Shown here one piece after another: positions 28,334 through 35,174 of a stretch of 64,000 nucleotides of DNA (the stretch's first letter is position 1; every line of letters begins with the position of its first letter). The notes beneath the pieces were generated by a model, which ran no database searches, was not told the DNA's origin, and saw only the letters and a list, made by a program, of their open reading frames with translations. This DNA comes from Acinetobacter phage Acba_11, in the sequence record OQ101254.1; one strand, given 5' to 3'. The position numbers and the translations under genes were made by a program.

Positions 28334-28702
28334 ATGGGCTTACGTGACGAAATTCAGGCAGATATTGCTGAAGCATTTAATGAGGATCTGGCGGATGCGG
28401 TCCAAACATTTACATGTGACAGGGTTGTTAGTACCAACTGGAACCCTAAAACAAACACCTCTGAAAATGTCATTGAGCATTATGAGGGGCGTGGCGTTCT
28501 GTTTGGCTCATACAATCAATATGAAATACAAACTCTCGGAGTACTGGCCACAGATAAAAAGGCAACTGTGCTGCAGAATGAAGTTACCAAAGAGCCGATG
28601 ATTGATGACGAATGGAGTACGGCGCAAGGTACATATCGCATCATGCATATCAAACAAGATCCAATCAGTGCAAGCTGGAAATGTCAGCTTCGAAAAGTGT
28701 AG
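28334..28702 (+). CDS. structural protein, copy 2
   Basis: Paralogue of 15909-16277. Confidence 0.5.
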   Translation: MGLRDEIQADIAEAFNEDLADAVQTFTCDRVVSTNWNPKTNTSENVIEHYEGRGVLFGSYNQYEIQTLGVLATDKKATVLQNEVTKEPMIDDEWSTAQGTYRIMHIKQDPISASWKCQLRKV

Positions 28703-28710
28703 GGGCTAAA

Positions 28711-29115
28711 ATGGTTAATACCGAATATGTTCCAGAGTGGTACATCACACCTTTTCAGCATGTGCAATACACGCTTGCTAGAAATCAGCTTCACATGGAT
28801 TTGTTATTTGAAGATATGGATGAAGCTGATCAATTTTTGGATATGGGAGCGGATGCACAGGTTAGTACTTTTTCTGATGGTGCATATGCAATCGTCCAAA
28901 TTGGTGATACGGCGGATAAAGACAAAATTCAAGTATATGGATTGCTTTTACATGAAGCGGTTCACGTTTGGCAAATAGTAAAGAAGCGAATGGGTGAAAG
29001 TGAACCAAGTGTTGAGTTTGAAGCATATTCAATTCAAGCGATCGCTCAAGACCTATTTGAAATGTACGAAGCAAGCGAGGTGAGCAATGGGATGGAAGGG
29101 GAAAAAGCCGACTAG
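28711..29115 (+). CDS. HEAVH-motif structural protein, copy 2
   Basis: Paralogue of 16286-16690. Confidence 0.5.
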   Translation: MVNTEYVPEWYITPFQHVQYTLARNQLHMDLLFEDMDEADQFLDMGADAQVSTFSDGAYAIVQIGDTADKDKIQVYGLLLHEAVHVWQIVKKRMGESEPSVEFEAYSIQAIAQDLFEMYEASEVSNGMEGEKAD

Positions 29116-29455
29116 CTTTAGTGTTGATGTGGTGAAAAATGCTGAAGAACAAGTAAAGAAAATCACGATGGATACCGTGCAATCACTTGTAGTTTCGAGT
29201 CCAGTTGATACAGGTGCTTACAGAGCTTCTCATATCGTATCTATTGGAACTGCTGATTATGGTGTTCGTGAACCATCAACTAATCCAGTTCAAGATGCAG
29301 CAGTTCAAGCAGTCAAGTTTAAGCTTGGAAATCTGATCTTTATTCAAAACAACAAAGCCTATGGTCCGCGATTAGAAAACGGTTGGTCTGATCAAGCACC
29401 TCTTGGTATTTACAGCACTACTTTCACTTACATTACTCAAAAATATGGTGGCTAA
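29087..29455 (+). CDS. HK97 gp10-like protein, copy 2
   Basis: Paralogue of 16659-17030. Confidence 0.55.
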   Translation: MGWKGKKPTSFSVDVVKNAEEQVKKITMDTVQSLVVSSPVDTGAYRASHIVSIGTADYGVREPSTNPVQDAAVQAVKFKLGNLIFIQNNKAYGPRLENGWSDQAPLGIYSTTFTYITQKYGG

Positions 29456-29456
29456 G

Positions 29457-29855
29457 ATGCCAATGACATTAGAGCAAGCTAGACAAGCAATAGTCGACCG
29501 TATGATGGCCTTTACAGGAATTTCTCAAGAAAGAATCCATTATCCAAATGCACCAGGCTTCTTAGCACCAGCAAAGGGCTTATGGTGCCGCTTAACCATT
29601 AAATGGGGTCCAAGTTTCATTGCTGGGTTAGCCGATACACCCTGTACTCGACGTACTGGGAATATCTTGATTCAATGCTTTGCAAGACCAGACACGGGAG
29701 ACCAGGCAATAACCATTCTAAGTGTTGCATTACTTTCACATTTTGAATATTTCAGGATTGGGCATTTAGAATGCTTTCAAGGTCAAACGATAGATGCGGG
29801 TAAAGATGCTGACTTTCTGCAGTACAATGTGACGATTGGATTTACGGTGAATTGA
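29457..29855 (+). CDS. tail-completion-like structural protein, copy 2
   Basis: Paralogue of 17032-17430; start ATG 29457. Confidence 0.5.
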   Translation: MPMTLEQARQAIVDRMMAFTGISQERIHYPNAPGFLAPAKGLWCRLTIKWGPSFIAGLADTPCTRRTGNILIQCFARPDTGDQAITILSVALLSHFEYFRIGHLECFQGQTIDAGKDADFLQYNVTIGFTVN

Positions 29856-29856
29856 T

Positions 29857-30069
29857 ATGTCTTACATGCTGACGCTAGAAGAAAGTGAAATTAAAAAACA
29901 AGAGCTTGAACGACACTTGGCAGATGTAATGGCTAAGGAGCTAAGTAAATGGCAGTTGTCTAATAAATTATGTATTTCTGATGTAAAAATTCGCCTCGCT
30001 AATGTTAATAGCATAAATGGACCAAATTTAAATATTGTTACTGGAGTAAGTGTTGATTTGGATGATTGA
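29857..30069 (+). CDS. small structural/hypothetical protein, copy 2
   Basis: Paralogue of 17432-17650. Confidence 0.4.
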   Translation: MSYMLTLEESEIKKQELERHLADVMAKELSKWQLSNKLCISDVKIRLANVNSINGPNLNIVTGVSVDLDD

Positions 30070-30089
30070 TATTAAGTTTTAAAGAAGTT

Positions 30090-30111
30090 ACCGCCTGAGG
30101 GCGGTTTTTTT
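30090..30111 (+). terminator. rho-independent terminator (first of a tandem pair)
   Basis: CCGCC tgag GGCGG followed by T7. Confidence 0.6.
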
Positions 30112-30127
30112 ACGTCCCTAATTTTAT

Positions 30128-30152
30128 AGCCACCTTCGGGTGGCTTTTTTTA
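30128..30152 (+). terminator. rho-independent terminator (second of the pair)
   Basis: AGCCACC ttcg GGTGGCT followed by T7. Confidence 0.6.
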
Positions 30153-30176
30153 TGCCTAACGTCGGAGTATATAGAT

Positions 30177-31106
30177 ATGTCGAGTGGTGCACGTCAGATA
30201 ACACAAATCGCGAAGGAAACCACTGTTGGTACCACACCTTCACCCTTCGCACGTACGACCTTTGAATTTACTGAAAATGGCCTTGATGCGACAGTAACAA
30301 AGGAAGACTCTAACTCAATCACAAGTGGCCGTATTGCACGTTCATCAATGATTACCGGTGCAGAGTATGCCGGTGAATTAAAATGTGAAGCGAAGTACAG
30401 TTCATTAGTTCAAGACTTAATGGCTGCAGCTGCTTTTAATAACTGGTCGTCAAATGTATTAACTTTTGGTGGCACACTTCGTCAAACATTTTCTGTTTTA
30501 CGTGGCTTTGAAGATGTTAATGACTACCATGTTTTCCGTGGATGTCATGTAAACACTTTTGGAATTGATATTCCTGAAGCTGGCTTAATTACAATGACTT
30601 TCGGCCTTATGGCTCTTGGTCGTACAAACTTTTCTTCAGCACCGGCTGGAACAATTACAGCGGCAGATAACAATCCTAAAATGTCGAATGTCTCTGTAGG
30701 TGACATTTTAATTGACGGCGTTTCTCAAGCTGGGATTTCATGCTTGACCGCTTTTACATTTAATTGGGATAACACTATGCAGCTACAACGCTGTTTAGGT
30801 GGTGGTATTGATGCACGTGCAATCCTAGAAATGCTTGCAACAGGTACAGGTTCATTTACCGCAGCTTGGTCACGCAATACATCCGATATGTATGAAAAGC
30901 AATTCACTAACAAAACGATTTCATTAAAAGTTCCAATCACTGATACAGATGGGAATAAATATGAAATTTTTATTCCTAAAGCTGAAATTACTGCCCCATT
31001 ACCTAGTGGTGGTAATTCAGATCTTTTAAATGCTTCATTCGAATATAAAGTCGTAGAAGTAGCCCCAACCATCACTCGTACACCAGCAGCAGTTCCTGCG
31101 TCTTAA
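30177..31106 (+). CDS. major tail (tube) protein
   Basis: 309 aa immediately upstream of the G/GT-type chaperone pair; lambda-like tail gene order. Confidence 0.7.
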   Translation: MSSGARQITQIAKETTVGTTPSPFARTTFEFTENGLDATVTKEDSNSITSGRIARSSMITGAEYAGELKCEAKYSSLVQDLMAAAAFNNWSSNVLTFGGTLRQTFSVLRGFEDVNDYHVFRGCHVNTFGIDIPEAGLITMTFGLMALGRTNFSSAPAGTITAADNNPKMSNVSVGDILIDGVSQAGISCLTAFTFNWDNTMQLQRCLGGGIDARAILEMLATGTGSFTAAWSRNTSDMYEKQFTNKTISLKVPITDTDGNKYEIFIPKAEITAPLPSGGNSDLLNASFEYKVVEVAPTITRTPAAVPAS

Positions 31107-31116
31107 TCAATCTGAT

Positions 31117-31140
31117 AGCAGCCTTAGGGCTGCTTTTTTT
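31117..31140 (+). terminator. rho-independent terminator
   Basis: AGCAGCC ttag GGCTGCT followed by T7. Confidence 0.6.
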
Positions 31141-31150
31141 GGAGTTTAAA

Positions 31151-31684
31151 ATGGCTTTAAAAGTAAGCATTCAGACTAGTAAAACAGTTAGTAAATGGCG
31201 TAAGTATATTGATGGTGAAGGGAATGTATTAGCTGAATTTAAAGTACGTGGTATCTCATATAAACCATATCAAGTGGCCCTTGAGCGTGCAAATAATCAG
31301 ATTGCATCAAAAGGTTATGATGTAACTAAAGCTAGTAAAGACGACAAGCTATATCATGAATTGCTTCTTGAAGCTGCGGCCTGCCATTTAATTGAGGACT
31401 GGAAAGGCGTAGTTTTTGAAGAAGTAACCGAAAATCAAGAACTGATTGTGTCTGAACCAGAATATTCGCAGGAAAATGCAATTAAGTTGTTGAATCTAGG
31501 CGATCTTGGTGTGGCAATTTGGTTGTTTGTGAGACAAGAGGCGGAAAATATCCAAAAAGAAGCTGATGCATATAAGGATGAAGTAGTGGGAAAGTCATTA
31601 ACCTCTACAACTGGACCAAGTTCAACTCAGAAGAAGAAGCGAGCGACTACAACAAGAAACAAACAGCAATTGCAAAAGCCTTAA
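31151..31684 (+). CDS. tail assembly chaperone (lambda gpG-like), zero-frame product
   Basis: Position after the tube gene; contains slippery heptamer G GGA AAG (31588-31594) in the correct zero frame. Confidence 0.6.
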   Translation: MALKVSIQTSKTVSKWRKYIDGEGNVLAEFKVRGISYKPYQVALERANNQIASKGYDVTKASKDDKLYHELLLEAAACHLIEDWKGVVFEEVTENQELIVSEPEYSQENAIKLLNLGDLGVAIWLFVRQEAENIQKEADAYKDEVVGKSLTSTTGPSSTQKKKRATTTRNKQQLQKP

Positions 31685-31938
31685 ATTTAAAAATAGCTGA
31701 AACCATCCAAAAGCCTGAATACTCATTTACAGCCAATGCCATTCTTTCAGCATATAACGTAATTTCCCGTTCAAGGCGTTATGAGCAAGGCATTCCCTTG
31801 GCTTTGGATATTGCAGCTATATCTGCCTATTGTGATCATTATGAGATCCCAGTCGAAAGAGATATTTTTAACGACTGTATTTTTGCATTGGATAATTTGT
31901 TTTTGGATGAGGTGCATAAGAAAGCGAGTAAAAAATAG
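31151..31938 (+). CDS. tail assembly chaperone -1 frameshift fusion product (gpGT-like)
   Basis: The -1 frame is open from 31588 to TAG 31936-38 (own translation GKVINLYNWTKFNSEEEASDYNKKQTAIAKALNLKIAETIQKPEYSFTANAILSAYNVISRSRRYEQGIPLALDIAAISAYCDHYEIPVERDIFNDCIFALDNLFLDEVHKKASKK). Canonical lambda G/GT heptamer. Confidence 0.5.
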
Positions 31939-32067
31939 AAATCTATATTGCATTTGGCAAAAATCAAAGATAAATTGATGTCTCATACTTCTCACTCTTT
32001 GAGTAAGGGCCGCCGGTCGAATGTCGGGCTTTTTTTGTTAAGTGGTAATTCACCTACAAAGGAAAGC

Positions 32068-32211
32068 ATGATGAAGAACCTTACTCATGCAGAACCCTAT
32101 TTCATCATGCGTGAAAAAAAGGAACTGCAAAAGAGACTTTTAGATAAGAACAATGAACTATTGGAATTGATGCAAAGAGTTGAAAAATACTTGATGAGGA
32201 TAGAAAAATAG
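32068..32211 (+). CDS. small hypothetical protein (47 aa)
   Basis: RBS AAGGAAAG then ATG 32068; the longer track ORF 31948 spans a terminator-like hairpin, so the short form is preferred. Confidence 0.3.
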   Translation: MMKNLTHAEPYFIMREKKELQKRLLDKNNELLELMQRVEKYLMRIEK

Positions 32212-32227
32212 AGAGTTGTCTTTCTAC

Positions 32228-32258
32228 AAAAAAGCCCGCCTAATCAGCGGGTTTATTT
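32228..32258. terminator. bidirectional rho-independent terminator
   Basis: A6 CCCGC ctaatca GCGGG TTTATTTG; on the minus strand it overlaps the stop of the Mnt-like gene. Confidence 0.55.
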
Positions 32259-32506
32259 GTTTCTAGCTCTTCAATTCGTGCCATTAGTTTTTCAATTAAA
32301 ACAGTTGCGCGATCTAAATTCTTATTGCTCATATCTATAAGCTTCATAACTTCAGTTGGGATTTTCTCATTTATATCAAGGCTTTCTTCAAGTCTTGCAA
32401 CTATTTCAGCAGTTAAAGATCTTTCATTGTCTTTAGCCTTCTCTTCTAATAATTCTTTGAGCTTGCTAGGCATTCTAAAATTCACTTGAGAATAATCTTT
32501 AGCCAT
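32240..32506 (-). CDS. Mnt-like ribbon-helix-helix repressor (Arc/MetJ family)
   Basis: MAKDYSQVNFRMPSKLKELLEEKAKDNERSLTAEIVARLEESL versus P22 Mnt MARDDPHFNFRMPMEVREKLKFRAEANGRSMNSELLQIVQDAL. ATG refined to 32506 (the track start is TTG). Confidence 0.65.
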   Translation of the reverse strand: MAKDYSQVNFRMPSKLKELLEEKAKDNERSLTAEIVARLEESLDINEKIPTEVMKLIDMSNKNLDRATVLIEKLMARIEELETNKPAD

Positions 32507-32628
32507 GGACCATATACCGCAAATTGACAATTAACTAATCATATATAGCAAAAGTGCTTTACACAATGAAGCAAGAGTGCTATAAAGTAAAAATGCTATA
32601 TAGCAAAGGTGCTTTATTGGAGGTAAAA
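32507..32628. promoter_or_regulatory. divergent promoter/operator region between Mnt-like and Arc-like genes
   Basis: TTGACA (32524-29), 17 nt, TATATA. Direct repeats TATAGCAAAAGTGCTTTA (32544-61) and TATAGCAAAGGTGCTTTA (32599-616). Perfect palindrome TGCTATATAGCA (32594-605). Extra TGCTATA half-site at 32578. Confidence 0.6.
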
Positions 32629-32790
32629 ATGACAAGGCATGATAAGCAAATGAACGTTCGTATGGCACATGAAACAGTAAGTGAATTAAAGGAGGTAGCA
32701 AAGAAAAATCGTCGATCGGTAACGGCTCAGTTAAATCAAATCATAGAAGACTGGCTAAAAGAACAGAAACAACAGGATGCGAAAGCATGA
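32629..32790 (+). CDS. Arc-like ribbon-helix-helix repressor
   Basis: MTRHDKQMNVRMAHETVSELKEVAKKNRRSVTAQLNQIIEDWL versus P22 Arc ...FNLRWPREVLDLVRKVAEENGRSVNSEIYQRVMESF. ATG 32629 with GGAGG RBS. Confidence 0.6.
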   Translation: MTRHDKQMNVRMAHETVSELKEVAKKNRRSVTAQLNQIIEDWLKEQKQQDAKA

Positions 32791-32869
32791 AATTAACAGA
32801 CAACAAAAAAGCCCCTGAATCTTGGCGGATGCGGAGCTTGATTGAAGTCATAACAGTGAGATATGAACT

Positions 32870-33256
32870 ATGTTAAATATACCATTCGAATTTGATAAAG
32901 ACAAGGTTCTAGATATTACCGATCTACTGCCAACCATTCCTATTGAGATTCTTGAGAAAGTAACAGATCAAAACGGTTCTGTTTCGGCAGATGAAGAAAA
33001 TTTTCTAAAATCTGTAGGCCGTGCTGCGGAAAATGCAAACCTTCCAGTTTTAAAGGGATTAAGTGCTATTGGTGTGTTGCTTGCCAACGCAAATGAAGAA
33101 ATACCGTTAGGAACATTTAATGATGTTGGCTGGTTAATACAATCGCTTAGCGAACAAGTTTTAGCTATAAGCCATATGCAAGGGTTCGCTGACTTACTTC
33201 TTGATGCAAGTAATAAGAACAAAATCTCTAAGGGCAATGGAGGGCTAATGTCATGA
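32870..33256 (+). CDS. hypothetical protein between the arc-like and ant-like genes
   Basis: Track ORF; stop overlaps the ant start. Confidence 0.45.
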   Translation: MLNIPFEFDKDKVLDITDLLPTIPIEILEKVTDQNGSVSADEENFLKSVGRAAENANLPVLKGLSAIGVLLANANEEIPLGTFNDVGWLIQSLSEQVLAISHMQGFADLLLDASNKNKISKGNGGLMS

Positions 33257-33792
33257 ATATGCTTATTAACCAAGAAACTTTAATTCCAGTTGTTGATAGA
33301 GATATTGGCGGAGAGGTTCAGCCTTCTGTTGATGCACGTGAATTGCATAAGTGGCTTAAATCTGGGGAAATGTTTGCCACATGGATAAAAAAACGGATTA
33401 AGACCTATAAATTTATTGAAAATGAAGACTATATTAGTTTTTTGGTAAACCCCAAAAAACCTAATGGTGGGCGTTCTTCAAGAGAATACATATTAACTAT
33501 TGATATGGCTAAAGAGCTGTCAATGGTTGAAAACAATGAACAAGGTCGGGTTGCAAGACGTTATTTTATTAACTGTGAAAAAGCATTGCGACAAACAGCA
33601 TTTGGATTAATGAACCAATTCAACAGAGCTGTATTAGAGTTTGAGAAGTTTACTGAAATTGCTTCAAATGCTGGAAGAACATTATGTTTGGTTGGTAAGC
33701 AGTACAAACCTCAAGCATTAAGTAAGGTTGAGGAGCTGAAGCAAAAGATTACGCCTTTGCTCCCATTCGAAGAAGACGAGATGCAAGCTTAA
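33253..33792 (+). CDS. antirepressor-like protein (AntA/AntB N-terminal domain)
   Basis: VDARELHKWLKSGEMFATWIKKRIKTYKFIENEDYI matches the AntA-domain pattern DARELH..L.....F..WI..RI..Y.F.E..DY recalled from memory. Confidence 0.6.
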   Translation: MNMLINQETLIPVVDRDIGGEVQPSVDARELHKWLKSGEMFATWIKKRIKTYKFIENEDYISFLVNPKKPNGGRSSREYILTIDMAKELSMVENNEQGRVARRYFINCEKALRQTAFGLMNQFNRAVLEFEKFTEIASNAGRTLCLVGKQYKPQALSKVEELKQKITPLLPFEEDEMQA

Positions 33793-33803
33793 AAGAATTA
33801 AGA

Positions 33804-33827
33804 ACCCGCCAAGTGCGGGTTTTCTTC
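33804..33827 (+). terminator. rho-independent terminator
   Basis: ACCCGC caagt GCGGGT followed by TTTCTT. Confidence 0.55.
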
Positions 33828-33888
33828 ATGTGACATTTAGTAACCAGTTTGTTAAAGTTAGTACACTTTATAACAAACGGTGAAATTC

Positions 33889-34395
33889 ATGAAAAAGATT
33901 ATTTTTATTCTAGCTGCACTAGGAATTATTACAAGTCATGGGTGTATTACTATTCCTTCTCCAGAAGAAGTCCAAAGAAATGCTTATAAAGGATATTCTG
34001 AAGTGGTAGAACTGAATAGTATTCCTAAAGATCAAATATTTGAACTTTCAAAAATCTGGATTGCTAAATCTTTTAATTCTGCAAACAATGTCATTCAGTA
34101 TGCGGATAAAAATACTGGAATAATCATAGGGAAAGGTAACTTTTCTCTTAAATGCCCTGACAATGTAAAAGGTATGAATTGCTTAGCTTATACATCAACT
34201 AAAGCAGAATTTACTTTGAAAATAGAGATAAAAGATGGCAAATCCAGATTGACCTTTAGTGATGTACACCAAGCTGTAAATAACTACCCATTTTATGACA
34301 ATATTTCTAAACCTATTATTGATTCCCAGATTAAAGGGATAGTTAAGAACTATGGTCTTGATATCATAAATCAAAAGAATGATTCAAATTGGTAG
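33889..34395 (+). CDS. putative lipoprotein/secreted protein (moron)
   Basis: MKKIIFILAALGIITSHGC is a signal peptide with a Cys at the lipobox position; flanked by terminators. Confidence 0.5.
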   Translation: MKKIIFILAALGIITSHGCITIPSPEEVQRNAYKGYSEVVELNSIPKDQIFELSKIWIAKSFNSANNVIQYADKNTGIIIGKGNFSLKCPDNVKGMNCLAYTSTKAEFTLKIEIKDGKSRLTFSDVHQAVNNYPFYDNISKPIIDSQIKGIVKNYGLDIINQKNDSNW

Positions 34396-34445
34396 TAATT
34401 TGCTAATAAATAAAAGGTTAAATACTCATACTTAATAGTTTTTAA

Positions 34446-34470
34446 ATACCAAATAGCCCACTCATCGAGT
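34446..34470 (+). terminator. rho-independent terminator
   Basis: CCCACTC atcg GAGTGGG followed by T6. Confidence 0.6.
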
Positions 34471-34485
34471 GGGTTTTTTAATACC

Positions 34486-34516
34486 CAAAACAAAACCCCA
34501 GTAGCGCTAACTACTG
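34486..34516 (+). terminator. rho-independent terminator (tandem with the previous one)
   Basis: CCCCAGTAG cgctaa CTACTGGGG followed by T5. Confidence 0.6.
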
Positions 34517-34565
34517 GGGTTTTTCATTCCACCCACCGACGAAAGTAAGAGGAAAGTAAATCTAT

Positions 34566-34715
34566 ATGGAGCATTTTAAACCAATAGTGGAGCTTATGAA
34601 AGTGTCTATTGAAAAGTATGGCTTATGGCAGACAATTATTGCCTTTTTAATTTTGTTTTCCATACCAATTCTAATCTGGAAATTACCTGAAATCATTGCA
34701 GCGATTAAAGCCTAA
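34566..34715 (+). CDS. small membrane protein (49 aa), stand-alone moron
   Basis: RBS GAGGAAAG. Own translation: MEHFKPIVELMKVSIEKYGLWQTIIAFLILFSIPILIWKLPEIIAAIKA, with one predicted TM helix. Terminators on both sides. Confidence 0.4.
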   Translation: MEHFKPIVELMKVSIEKYGLWQTIIAFLILFSIPILIWKLPEIIAAIKA

Positions 34716-34743
34716 AACCGACCTATCAATGGTCGGTTTTTTA
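34716..34743 (+). terminator. rho-independent terminator
   Basis: ACCGACC tatcaat GGTCGGT followed by T6. Confidence 0.6.
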
Positions 34744-34766
34744 TTACCGAAATTTTGGAAGCAAAT

Positions 34767-35114
34767 ATGACGGATAAATCCAAATGGTTTGTTTTTAAGA
34801 AAAATGATCAAGTTTTTGGATGTTTCAGGATTAAGCCTTTTTCCGATCCTGAATTTGGTAAAGCCTATAAAATGCTTTGTACCAAAAAAAGTATTTTTAG
34901 AATGAGTGCCATGCGATCTGCCCAAGAGTTTGCAAAAATTATCGCAACTCATCTTATACAGGATTGGGAAAATATTGAACTTTCAAAAACAGGAATAGCT
35001 GGAGAAAAGGAAACACGGTATTCGCCTCAATCGGCCTATCAGCTATTGATGTATGGAGATCTAGGGGCTGAGATAACTTCATGGATCTTGGAAAAGTCCA
35101 AAAGTATTGCCTAG
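34767..35114 (+). CDS. second tail assembly chaperone paralogue (gpG-like, no frameshift extension)
   Basis: Shares HLIQDW and LLMYGDLGAEITSW with chaperone 31151 (HLIEDW, LLNLGDLGVAIW) and N-terminal SKW...F+I+; sits immediately upstream of the tape measure gene. Confidence 0.5.
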   Translation: MTDKSKWFVFKKNDQVFGCFRIKPFSDPEFGKAYKMLCTKKSIFRMSAMRSAQEFAKIIATHLIQDWENIELSKTGIAGEKETRYSPQSAYQLLMYGDLGAEITSWILEKSKSIA

Positions 35115-35132
35115 TTAAGACTCGATTTATTG

Positions 35133-35155
35133 CCGCCGCTTAAGGTGGTTTTTTA
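35133..35155 (+). terminator. rho-independent terminator
   Basis: CCGCC gcttaa GGTGG (one G:U pair) followed by T6 then ATTGCC. Confidence 0.45.
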
Positions 35156-35174
35156 TTGCCTGAAGGAAAGTCAA

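Larger units (their letters stand above)
18613..30152 (+). repeat. segmental duplication copy 2: packaging + head module (continues into tail genes)
   Basis: See copy 1. Confidence 0.85.

Noticed and set aside
31948-32067. Long form of the 87-aa ORF starting at 31948
   Set aside because: It spans a hairpin/T-run (32009-32040); a strong RBS precedes the internal ATG at 32068.
35130-35174. Upstream extension of the tape measure ORF (MPPLKVVFYCLKESQ...) given by the track
   Set aside because: It would require translation to begin inside the terminator hairpin (35133-55). ATG 35175 has a proper RBS (GGAAAG).
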